From Felis catus (lineage: Eukaryota), in contig NC_058368.1 in the NCBI RefSeq assembly GCF_018350175.1, positions 171,742,001 to 171,806,000 on the forward strand: a stretch of 64,000 nucleotides of DNA, given 5' to 3'. The position numbers and the translations under genes were made by a program. The notes beneath the pieces are model-generated. The model saw nothing but the letters and a program-made list of their open reading frames with translations, searched no databases and was not told the DNA's origin. How positions within the stretch are numbered: the first letter of the stretch is position 1; each line of letters starts with the position of its first letter. This document shows positions 49,718 through 59,808 of the stretch, piece by piece.

Positions 49718-50177
49718 GGGTTGCCTGGGTGGCTCAGTCAGTTAAGAGTCTGACTTCAGGGGTGGCTGGGTGGCACAGTCGGTTAAGCGTCCGACTTCAG
49801 CCAGGTCACGATCTCGCGGTCCGTGAGTTCGAGCCCCGCGTCAGGCTCTGGGCTGATGGCTCAGAGCCTGGAGCCTGTTTCCGATTCTGTGTCTCCCTCT
49901 CTCTCTGCCCCTCGCCCATTCATGCTCTGTCTCTCTCTGTCCCAAAAATAAATAAAAAAACGTTGAAAAAAAAATAAAAAAAAAAAAAAGAGTCTGACTT
50001 CAGCTTAGGTCATGATCTCACAGTTCGTGAGTTAGAGCCTCGCATCAGGCTCTGTGCTGACAGCTCAGAGCCTGGAGCCTGCCTTGGATTGTGTGTGTCT
50101 CTCTCTCCTTGTCCCTCCCCTGCTTGTGCTCTGTCTCTTCTCTCTCTCTCAAAAATAAACATTAAAAAAATTTTTTT
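49718..50177 (+). mobile_element. CanSINE A (interrupted by SINE B)
   Basis: Head 49718-49758, remainder 50003-50177; TSD AAT(T/A)TGATTGA 49707-49717/50178-50188. Confidence 0.93.
49759..49987 (+). mobile_element. Young felid CanSINE B nested in SINE A
   Basis: Perfect TSD AAGAGTCTGACTTCA 49744-49758/49988-50002. Confidence 0.96.
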
Positions 50178-50191
50178 AATATGATTGATAT

Positions 50192-50406
50192 GGGGTTCCT
50201 GGGTGGTTCAGTCAGTTAAGCATCCCACTCTTGATTTCAGCTCAGGTCACGATCTCATGGTTCATGAGTTCGAGCCCCGCATCTGCATTGTCAGTGCAGA
50301 GCCCGCTTGAGATTCTCTTTCCCTCCCTCCCTCTCTCTCTGCCCCTCCCCTGCTTGTGCATGCACTCTCTCTCTCTCAAAATAAATAAATAAACTTTAAA
50401 AATATA
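50192..50406 (+). mobile_element. CanSINE C
   Basis: TSD ATATGATTGATA 50179-50190/50638-50649, enclosing SINE D. Confidence 0.93.
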
Positions 50407-50637
50407 GGGGCGCCTGGGTGGCTCAGTCAGTTGAGCGTCCGACTTCAGCTCGGGTCATGATCTCACAGTCTGTGAGTTTGAGCCCCGCATCGGGCTCTGT
50501 GCTGATGGCTCAGAGCCTGGAGCCTGCTTCCGATTCTGTGTCTCCCTCTCCCTCAGCCCCTTCCCTGCTCATGCTCTGTCTTTCTCTGTCTCAAAAATAA
50601 ATAAAAACATTAAGAAAAAAAATTTTTTAATATATAT
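50407..50637 (+). mobile_element. CanSINE D inserted in the tail of SINE C
   Basis: GGGGCGCCTGGGTGGCTCAG head directly after C's tail; AATATA on both sides. Confidence 0.93.
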
Positions 50638-50955
50638 ATATGATTGATAGTGTCAAATTGCCTTCACAAAGGGTGTATCAGGCTATGCTTTCAACAAGTA
50701 TATGAAACAACTCCTTCCTTCTGCACTCTGTCACCAATATTGATTTTGAAACTTTAAAAAGTTGCCTGATAGGCAAAAAGTATTCTTTTTATGCTTAATT
50801 CACATTTCCTTAATTATGAGAATTAGCATGTTTTTATACAAATTTGTATTTCTTTTTCTATGAACCATCTATTTTAGTTTGGTAGAGTCAAATGAAGCCA
50901 TCTTTTCTATTATGACTCCAGGGTTTAGAGTTGTGTTTAGAAAGGCTTCTCTATT

Positions 50956-51094
50956 GGGGCACCTGGGTGGCTCGGTAGGTTAAGGGTCCGACTTTGGCTC
51001 AGGTCATGATCTCATAGTTCACGAGTTCCCTTCCCCCACTCACACTCTGTGTCTCTTTCTTTCAAAAATAAACATTAAAAATTTTTTTTTAAAA
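50956..51094 (+). mobile_element. Internally deleted CanSINE
   Basis: Jumps from CACGAGTTCCC to TTCCCCCACTCACACTCTG; TSD AGAAAG(G/A)CTTCTCTA 50939-50953/51095-51109. Confidence 0.9.
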
Positions 51095-51133
51095 AGAAAG
51101 ACTTCTCTACTTCCACATGTTACACACAAACAT

Positions 51134-51135
<2 letters not shown>

Positions 51136-51172
<37 letters not shown>
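51136..51172. repeat. (AC)n microsatellite
   Basis: Perfect dinucleotide run. Confidence 0.97.
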
Positions 51173-51176
<4 letters not shown>

Positions 51177-53141
51177 CCCCTATATTTTCTTTTAGTCTCT
51201 CATATATCTTTAAATGTGTAAATCTTTAGCCCATTTGGATTTGGTTGGGGGTAGAAATAAGGTGATTTATCCTGAGAGGTTAGACTGTAATTTAATTATT
51301 TTCCCAAATGTCCTAATAGAACTTCCTGAACAATCTATACCTTCTTAATTGTTTTAAATTATAAAGTATATTATATTCTAAATTCCCATAGGTAATAGGT
51401 CTTATCTATTCTATTCTATATATGTGAATATCTCTTCTCACATAATACACATTTAGGTTACTATAGCTTTATAGATATTTTTCAGCTGATGAGGCTGGTC
51501 ACCACCTCATAGTGCTTTTTTTTTTCTTTACAAAACATTCTTAGCTATTTCAGAATATTTAATCTTCCAGAAGAACGTACAGGATAATTTGAGGAAAATG
51601 ATATTTTTATACTATCAAGTTCTTCTGACCCTAAGTCCAGTCCTCAAAATGTCACATGAAATCACTAGATAATTACTTAGTGAACCTGAGACCAAATCCT
51701 TGTGGACATTTCTGACTAGATTAGTTTGTGTGAGTCATTTGAATCTATGGCATAATTACACAATTCTCCCCTTTCTTGTGTAGGCACATGAGAATTACAT
51801 GGGTATCAGGGAAACCAGACCCAGAGTAAAAAATAAACAGTCCCTCCATATCCTTCAGGAATTTTTTAATAGAAAAATCAATCATTTACATCCTGTCCAC
51901 AGTGAGAGTGGAGCTCCAGCCACAATCAATAGTGAGGCTCATGTGTGCTGGAGGCTGTATGCATCTTGGGTGTAGGATTCCTGGCTCCTGGCCATAACCA
52001 ATATAGGAATAAATGCCATTTAATTCCACCCAGCTGTTCCTGGGGCCTTCCATGGGTGGGTCTGCCTAGGGGTGTTTCATTCGAATCCCAGGAAAAAATG
52101 TGCCCCTCAATTGCTTGGCACAGAGCCAGATTTGCTAGGCCTTTCAAACACACCACTGTGGGGGAGAAGCCACGAAGGCTGTTCACATCACGGACCAACC
52201 AGCCCAAGGTGTTCTACTGGGGTCCCTGCCAGTCTGCTGCAGTGCTGTAAACTCATACTTCACTTCATACATAAAAACCAGTGCTTTGTGTTCAGTGTGA
52301 TATCTTTCTAACATCTGAGGTTAAGATATCTTTACCTATATAAAGAAATGGAGCAGTGTAAATAATTAAATAGAAATTACACTTTACATAGTATTAAAGA
52401 TGACATCAATCTATGTAAATTAGTGTAATGAAGAGATGGTCATGTTCTTATAAAATAAAAAATAGACCTTCTTTTGGTTGTCAGTAGGCTACCAAATTGA
52501 TGGGTTGGGTGTTTAGGTGCCAAAAAAGCAATTTCAGGTTCTGTAAAGAGTAGTCATTTCCCATTTCCCATCATATAATTCCAGTGTTATAGTTCAAAAT
52601 TATCCTTCTTCCCCTGAAGAACAAATGCATGCAAGGGACCTATGTGGTGTGCTCTTTTGTTATTGTTCTGTTTTGTGTTGATGCTTTCCAAGATTCTTAG
52701 AGGGTTTAGAAATTGTGCACAATGTTCAAGGTGCCACCAAAAGAGTGGCTAATGTGGCTGAGGCCAGGTGGCATAGTAGAGTTGGGAGGTTCATTGGAAC
52801 TGAAGTATGGCTAAATGGGCTTGGGGCAGCCCCAAATCAAAGGCTCCCTGCATTTTTGCCCTGGTAGGCAGAAGTTATATAGGGAATAGAAGAAAAGGGT
52901 TCTTGTTGAGAACCCACTTGATGCAAGGTGTATATTTGATCATAATCAATCCCCACCATACCCTGCTTTAAGAACTATGCCTCACTATTTAAATTAGCCA
53001 TATATATTTTAATTCATTAATCAAACTCTTAACAGTTACAATATGGAAAATCTGTAGGCTGGCCACCTCCCCTTTTAGGAAAGGAAACATATTTATTGAG
53101 TACCTACTATGTTTCAGATTTGTGTTAAGAATGCTGTTGAA

Positions 53142-53361
53142 GGGCGCCTAGGTGACTCAGTTGGTTAAGTGACCAGCTTTGGCTCAGGTCATGATAGCAT
53201 GGTCCATGGGTTCGAGACCCATGTCGGGTTCTGTGCTGACGGCTCAGAGCCTGGAGCCTGCTTCAGATTCTATGTCTCCCTCCCTCTCTCTCTGCTCCTC
53301 CCCCACTTGCACACTGTCTCTGTCTCAAAAATAAATAAATGTTAAAAAAATAAAATAAAAA
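53142..53361 (+). mobile_element. CanSINE
   Basis: TSD AAGAATGCTGTTGA 53127-53140/53362-53375. Confidence 0.95.
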
Positions 53362-53458
53362 AAGAATGCTGTTGACAATTTCTAGCCCATCTTAGCTTTT
53401 CTGTATTTTGAATCCATATTAATTTACATAATAGATTTTTCTAAATATTCAGTTTAAA

Positions 53459-53678
53459 TTTTTTTAATGTTCATTTTTTTTTTTGAGACAGAGAGAGATA
53501 CAGTGCAAGCGGGGGAGGGACGGAGAGAGAGAGAGAGACACAGACACAGAATCCGCAGCAGGCTCCAGGCTCTGAACTGTCAACATAGAGCATGATGCTG
53601 GGCACAAACTCACGAACCCTGAGATCATGACTTGGGCCAAAGTTGGACACTTAACTGACTGAGCCACCCAAGCGCCCC
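53459..53678 (-). mobile_element. CanSINE
   Basis: TSD TCTAAATATTCA(G/A)TTTAAA 53440-53458/53679-53697. Confidence 0.95.
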
Positions 53679-54420
53679 TCTAAATATTCAATTTAAAAAA
53701 AATGTATTGCATAATCTACAGCACTTAGACAAAGAGAAGTTGGGAATTTCACCAAAGGAGAAGTTTTAATTTCTTAGGAGAATAATTTCTTCTGAGATCT
53801 AGATGCTCCAGTCGAAAGTGTTTTAGAATGTTCTCAAGCCCTGTAGAGTGCAACACATCGTAGGAAGGGGACTTCCTCCCAAGCTACATATTTCAAATAA
53901 CAAATAGAATGTGCTAGAGTGGGGCTGTCTTGGGTATGGCTGACTGTTGCTCAGCATCCATTCAGTCTCATTCTCTGTGCTTCCATGCAGCAGAGCCTGA
54001 TACAGTAAAATCTACATTCTCTAGACTCCCTTGATGCCAGAGTTCTGGATGTCACATGGGTTCTGGCAATGGGATTGCACTTACATTTGATTTAGATTAT
54101 GGGAATGAAACCAAGAACATCTTCCTGTGACTTTTTCTACTGACAAACAAGGTCTCAGTGTCAAGCAGCAGGTGGTGGCTGGACTCAGACTTCCAATGTC
54201 TAGTCTCCAGCTTTAAGAGGGTAGAGAGGTCTTACAGAGGTGAAGAGGCAATGTTCACTACAGTGGTGGCTTCTTGGTCCCTATATTACCTCTATAGCTG
54301 TGTGTTCTTAAACTCAATATTGCCAGTAGCCACAGCTGATCCCTGCTTTTCCATCCAATGGTTTTAGAACTATCTAATGCCCTGTATTAAGTTACTTTTC
54401 TATTTAAAATACCTAAAGTT

Positions 54421-54692
54421 GGGGGGGCGCCTGAGTGCCTCAATTGGCTAAGCGTCTGACTTCGGCTCACGTCATGATCTCATGGTTCATGAGCTCGAGC
54501 CCTGCGTCCAGCTCTGGGCTGATAGCTCAGAGTCTGGAGCCCACTTCAGATTCTGTGTCTCCCTCTGTCTGCCCCTCCGCTGCTTGCACTCTATCTCTCA
54601 CATCGTCTCAAAAATAAATAAACATTTAAAAAGATTTTCTTAATAAATAAAATAAAATAAAATAAAATAAAATAAAATAAAATAAAATAAAA
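54421..54692 (+). mobile_element. CanSINE with (TAAAA)n tail
   Basis: TSD TAAAATACCTAAAGTT 54405-54420/54693-54708. Confidence 0.95.
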
Positions 54693-54708
54693 TAAAATAC
54701 CTAAAGTT

Positions 54709-54919
54709 GGGATACCTGGATGGCTCAGTCAGTTGAGCATCAGACTTTGGTTCAGGTCATAATCTCATGGCCCTTGAGTTTGAGTCCCACGTTGGGCTCT
54801 GTGCTGACAGCTCAGAGCCTGGAGCCTGCTTTGGATTCTATGTCTCCCTTTCTCTATGCCCCTCACTGGCTCACACTCTGTCTCTCTTTCTTTCAAAAAT
54901 AAACATTAAAAAAATAAAA
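54709..54919 (+). mobile_element. CanSINE in tandem with the previous one
   Basis: Flanked by TAAAATACCTAAAGTT 54693-54708 and TAAAATACCTAAGTT 54920-54934. Confidence 0.95.
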
Positions 54920-55212
54920 TAAAATACCTAAGTTGTTCTGTTTCCTGTACTAAACCCTGACTGATACAGGAGAGCCTTAAAAGTTTTTGAGGTCCTCTGA
55001 ATTTAAATTTTTCCCCTAGGAATGAAGTACTAGCAAGAAGGAAATAAATGTTTAGTATATTTAAGTCACATTATCATAAGTAATTTATTCTAGAATAATT
55101 AGAAGGCATAATAATAGCTTACTTTTATTATGCATTTATAGTCATTACTCTATTTAATCCTTATAGAAAACTCCATTTTACAGAAGAGAACCCCAAGGGT
55201 TAGAGAAGTTAA

Positions 55213-55433
55213 ATATATTTTTTAATTAATTTATTTAGAGAGAGTGTGAGTGAGCACACAAATGTGTGTGAGTCAGGGAGGAACAGATAGAGAGGGAGAG
55301 ACAGAATCCCAAGCAGTCTCGGTGCCGTCAGCCCAGAGCCTGATGTGGGGCTCAAACCCATGAACTGTGAGATCATGACTTGAGCTGAAACCAAGAGTCA
55401 GGGGCTTAGCTGACTGAGCCACCCTGGTGTTCC
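55213..55433 (-). mobile_element. CanSINE inserted in an antisense MIR (~55100-55470)
   Basis: Direct repeat CCCCAAGGGTTAGAGAAGTTAA 55191-55212/55432-55453. Confidence 0.95.
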
Positions 55434-55858
55434 CCAAGGGTTAGAGAAGTTAAGGAACTTCTGTTTGACAGTATCGGAGTAGACAGAACAATGGCATCCC
55501 CTAATAGATGCCTCCATCCTAATCCCCAGAACCTGATTACTATGCCGCTTTACCTGACAAAAGGAGCTTTGTGGGTGTGATTTGATAAAAGCTGTTGAGA
55601 TGGGGAGAGTGTCCTGAGTTATCCAGGTGGGTCCAATGTCATCACAAGGGTCTTGATAAGAGGGAGGCAGGAGGCCAAAGTAGAAGGACAAGTGACAACC
55701 AAATCAGAGATCAGAGAGGGAGAGGTTTGAGGATACCACACTGCTGGCTTCAAAGATGGAGGGTGGGGCTGTGAGCTAAGGACTGCAGGTGGCCTCTAAC
55801 ACCTGGAAAAACAAGGAAATGGATTCTCCCCTAGAGCCTCCAAAAGGGATGCAGTCCT

Positions 55859-56081
55859 GGGGTGCCTAGGTGGCTCAGTCAGTTAAGCATCTTACTTCGG
55901 CTCAGGTCATAATCTCCTGGTGAGTGAGTTTGAGCCCCGTGTCCAGCTCTGTGCTGACAGCTCAGAACGTGGAGCCTATTTCAGATTCTGTGTCTCCCTC
56001 GCTTTCTGCCCCTCCCCCACTCCTATTCTCACACACTCTCTCTCTCTCAAAAATAAATAAACATTTAAAAAATTTAAAAAA
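55859..56081 (+). mobile_element. CanSINE in the MLT1D
   Basis: TSD AAAAGGG(G)ATGCAGTCCTG 55842-55859/56082-56100. Confidence 0.95.
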
Positions 56082-56160
56082 AAAAGGGGATGCAGTCCTG
56101 TTGACCCATTTTAGACTTCTGACCTCTAGAACAGTAAGAGCATAAATTGTGTTGTTTTTT

Positions 56161-57525
56161 TTTTAAAGTGCATCAAAAATGTATTTAAAAAGCAAACCTT
56201 CATGAAGGGCTCTGTAGGTGATAAATTTAATTTTTCAATGTCCTAAAAACATATTTTATTTTATTTTATTTTTATTTTTTAAATTTACATCCAAGTTAGC
56301 ATATAGTGCAACAATGATTTCAGGGGTAGATCCCTTAATGCTCCTTACCCATTTAGCCCATACCCCCTCCCACAACCCCTCAAGTAACCCTGTTTGTTCT
56401 CCATATTTAAGAGTCTCTTATGTTTCATTCCCACCCCGTTTTTTTTTTTTTTTAATTTTTTTTTCAACGTTTTTATTTATTTTTGGGACAGAGAGAGACA
56501 GAGCATGAACGGGGGAGGGGCAGAGAGAGAGGGAGACACAGAATTGGAAGCAGGCTCCAGGCTCTGAGCCATCAGCCCAGAGCCTGACGTGGGGCTCGAA
56601 CTCACAGACTGCGAGATCGTGACCTGGCTGAAGTCGGACGCTTAACCAACTGCGCCACCCAGGCGCCCCCCACCCCGTTTTTATATTATTTTTGTTTCCC
56701 TTCCCTTGTGTTCATCTGTTCTGTGTCTTAAAGTCCTCATATGAGTGAAGTCATATGATTTTTGTCTTTCTCTGACTAATTTCACTTAGCATAATATCCA
56801 TCCACATGGTTGCAAATGGCAAGATTTCATTCTTTTTGATTGCTGAGTAATACTCCATTTTATATATATACCACATCTTCTTTATCCATTCATCCATTGA
56901 TGGACATTTGGGCTCTTTCCATACTTTGGCTATTGTTGATAGTGCTGCTATAAACATTGGGGTGCATGTGTCCCTTTGAAACAGCACACCTGTATCCCTT
57001 GGATAAATACCTAGTAGGGCAATTGCTGGGTTGTACAGTAGTTCTATTTTTAATTTTTGAGGAACCTCCATACTGTTTTTCAGAGCGGCTGCACCAGCTT
57101 GCATTCCCACCAGCAGTGCAAAAGAGATCCTCTTTCTCCACATCCTCACCAACATCTGTTGTTGCCTGAGTTATTAATGTTAGACACTCTGACAGGTGTG
57201 AGGTGGTATCTCATTGTGTTTTTGATTTGTATTTCCCTGGTGACGAGTGATGTTGAGCATTTTTTCATGTGTCGGTTGGCCATCTGGATGTCTTCTTTGG
57301 AGAAGTGTCTATTCATGTCTTTTGCCCATTTCTTCACTGGATTATTTGTTTTTTGCGTGTTGAGTTTGATAAGTTCTTTATAGATTTTGGATACTAACCC
57401 TTTATCTGATATGTTGTTTGCAAATATCTTCTCCCATTCCTTCGGTTGCCTTATAGCTTTGGTGATTGTTTCCTTCACTGTGCAGAAGCTTTTGATTTTG
57501 ATGAGGTCCCAATAATTCATTTTTG
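56161..57525 (-). mobile_element. 5'-truncated carnivore/felid L1 (ORF2 C-terminus + 3' UTR + extra 3' segment)
   Basis: ORFs 57146-57520 ([41 protein letters not shown]) and 56751-57155 (CTPMFIAALSTIAKVWKEPKCPS); 17-bp TSD AAATTGTGTTGTTTTTT 56144-56160/57526-57542. Confidence 0.96.
56444..56669 (-). mobile_element. Young felid CanSINE nested in the L1 3' UTR
   Basis: TSD CCACCCCGTTTTT 56431-56443/56670-56682. Confidence 0.96.
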
Positions 57526-58754
57526 AAATTGTGTTGTTTTTTATACTAAGTTTGTGGTAACTTGTTATAGCAGCAATAGGGAACTAATACAAACATTAAT
57601 AAATATTTATCAAGATCCTATCATGCAGTGCTGGGATATACAATTGTGACAAAATTAAGTGCTTGCACCAACATTCTAGCTTGCATTCTTGCCTGGAGTT
57701 AAGCAGAAACAAGAGTCAAGCCCAGGCATGGCCATCTTGCAAGCCGACGCTCTTAACACCATACTTTGCTGCTTCTACCACGCCAAGTTCACAGCAAATG
57801 CCCAGGCCTGTGCCCCTTTTCATTCTAAGAAAGGGATCTAATGAATCTTATTCCTAACTGGATGCTGACAAATGAACACAAAGCATCTTTTCTTATTTGT
57901 AAGGACCTAGAAGATTCTTTTGCTTCTGAGAGCCATTGTGGTATTTTCTATAAAGAAGATTTTTATCCCCCAAGTACATTTCTAGACCTTTAGTTCTCAA
58001 GTCTTTTCTTGCATAGGGGTGCTTGTTAAAACACCTGGCTTCTAGAGTTCTAATTCCATAGGTCTGAGTGGGGCCTGGGGGTATGTACTTTCACACCGCA
58101 GGGGATTCTGACACACACACACCAGGGGCCTCACTTGAGAAATACTCTTTTATATAAAATTATAGAAGAACCTTTCTTTCTGAGTCCTGGAGACAGTATT
58201 TTCAACATTCCAATTGCCTTAATTCTTCTCATAGGGTTTGAAGTAGACGTTCTTTTCCTGGCTACACGTGCTTTGCAATGGCAGAAGGCAATAACTGAAC
58301 CCTACAGCGACTAATAACAGGGGTCGTATTGTTTTGTATTTTCTTTGTGGTGCAGTTAATGCTGCTAGAGTTATCTCTCTTTTTAATATTGTAATATTTA
58401 ATATTACCACTGATTTTATTGTTTTTCCCATGTCAGGTTGAAATACTCAGTGCAATTCAACATTCTCAGACATACTCCAAAAGGATTGGGCTTTTTTTTT
58501 TTTTAATGTAACCTAAATTCGGTTACAGATTGTTTCACTGAAATTGCCACTTACTGGTTTCTGGCTTAAGAAATTCCTTCTAAGTGAGATCTCAGAGGCT
58601 AATTTCACTTCACCGAAAACAACAAGAGTATACTGGCTTCCTTTAGATATTTACAATATTTCAATGAGCCACAAAATTCTTTTATATGCAAAGAGCACCC
58701 TAGAAATTATCCAACCCAGCCCCATAATTTTGCAAATGAGGAAATTTAGGTTTA

Positions 58755-59535
58755 TTTTTTTTTTACTTTTACTAAATTTTCTGTTTTATTTTTTATTTTT
58801 TAATATAATTTATTGAAAAATTGATTTCCATACCACACCCAGTGCTCATCCCAACAAGTGCCCTCCTCAGTGCCCATCACCCACTTTCCCCTGTCCCCTA
58901 CTCCCCATCAACCCCCAGTTTGTTCTCAGTATCCAAGAGTCTCTTATAGTTTGCCTCCCTCCCTCTCTGTAACTTTTTTCCCCTCCCCCTCCCCCCATGG
59001 TCTTCTGTTAAGTTTCTCAAGATCCACCTAAGAGTGAAAACATACAGTATCTATCTTTCTCTGACTGACTTATTTCACTTAGCATAATACCCTCCAGTTC
59101 CATCCATGTTGCTGCAAATGGCCAGATTTCATTCCTTCTCATTGCCAAGTAGTATTCCATTGTATATATAAACCACATTTTCTTTATCCATTGGTCAGTT
59201 GATGGACATTTAGGCTTTTGCCATAATTTGGCTATTGTCGAAAGTGCTGCTATAAACATTGGGGTACATGTGCCCCTATGCATCAGCACTCCTGTATCCC
59301 TTGGGTAAATTCCTAGCAGTGCTATTGCTGGGTCATAGGGTAGTTCTATTTTTAATTTTTTGAGGAACCTCCACACTGTTTTCCAGAGTGGCTGCACCAG
59401 TTTGCATTCCCACCAACAGTGCAAGAGGGCTCCCATTTCTCCACATCCTTGCCAGCATCTATAGTTTTCTGATTTGTTCATTTTAGCCACTCTGACTGGC
59501 GTGAGGTGGTATCTCAGTGTGGTTTTGATTTGTAT
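58755..59535 (-). mobile_element. 5'-truncated felid L1 (ORF2 C-terminus + 3' UTR + A tail) inserted in a MIR
   Basis: Open 157-aa ORF 59017-59490 ([36 protein letters not shown]); 18-bp TSD TGAGGAAATTTAGGTTTA 58737-58754/59536-59553. Confidence 0.97.
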
Positions 59536-59569
59536 TGAGGAAATTTAGGTTTAAAAGAGGGAAGTGATT

Positions 59570-59808
59570 GGGGCACCTGGGTGGTTCAGTTGATTAAGCA
59601 TCCAACGTAGGCTTAGGTCATGATCTCACAGTTCATGAGTTCGAGCCCCACATCGGGCTCTGTGCTGACAACTCAAAACCTGGAGCCTGCTTTGGATTCT
59701 ATGTGTGTGTCTCTCTCTCTGCCCCTCCCCCCACTCACATTCTGTCTCTGTCTCTGTCTCTGTCTTTCTCAAAAATGAATAAAAACATTAAAAAATTTTT
59801 AAAAAAAG
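59570..59808 (+). mobile_element. CanSINE
   Basis: TSD AAAGAGGGAAGTGATT 59554-59569/59809-59824. Confidence 0.95.

Larger units (their letters stand above)
49290..51620 (-). mobile_element. Old L1 3' region hosting five SINEs
   Basis: TGGACATTTATGTTGTTTCT, GTCAAATTGCCTTCACAAAGGGTGTATC, CATTTGGATTT L1M motifs between the SINEs. Confidence 0.6.
53926..54968 (+). mobile_element. ERVL-class solo LTR (LTR33-like) hosting two SINEs
   Basis: TACATTCTCTAGACTCCCTTGATGCCAGAG; terminal TTCTGTTTCCTGTACTAAACCCTGACTGATACA. Confidence 0.7.
55474..57591 (+). mobile_element. MLT1D-like MaLR solo LTR, split by a SINE and an L1
   Basis: ATCCTAATCCCCAGAACCTG, TGAGATGGGGAGAGTGTCCTG, GGATTCTCCCCTAGAGCCTCC; 3' end CTAAGTTTGTGGTAACTTGTTATAGCAGCAATAGGGAACTAATACA resumes at ~57543. 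Confidence 0.88.

Noticed and set aside
49707..50649. Repeat-spacer-like periodicity (CRISPR-like)
   Set aside because: Eukaryotic DNA; the repeats are TSDs and SINEs, and there are no cas genes
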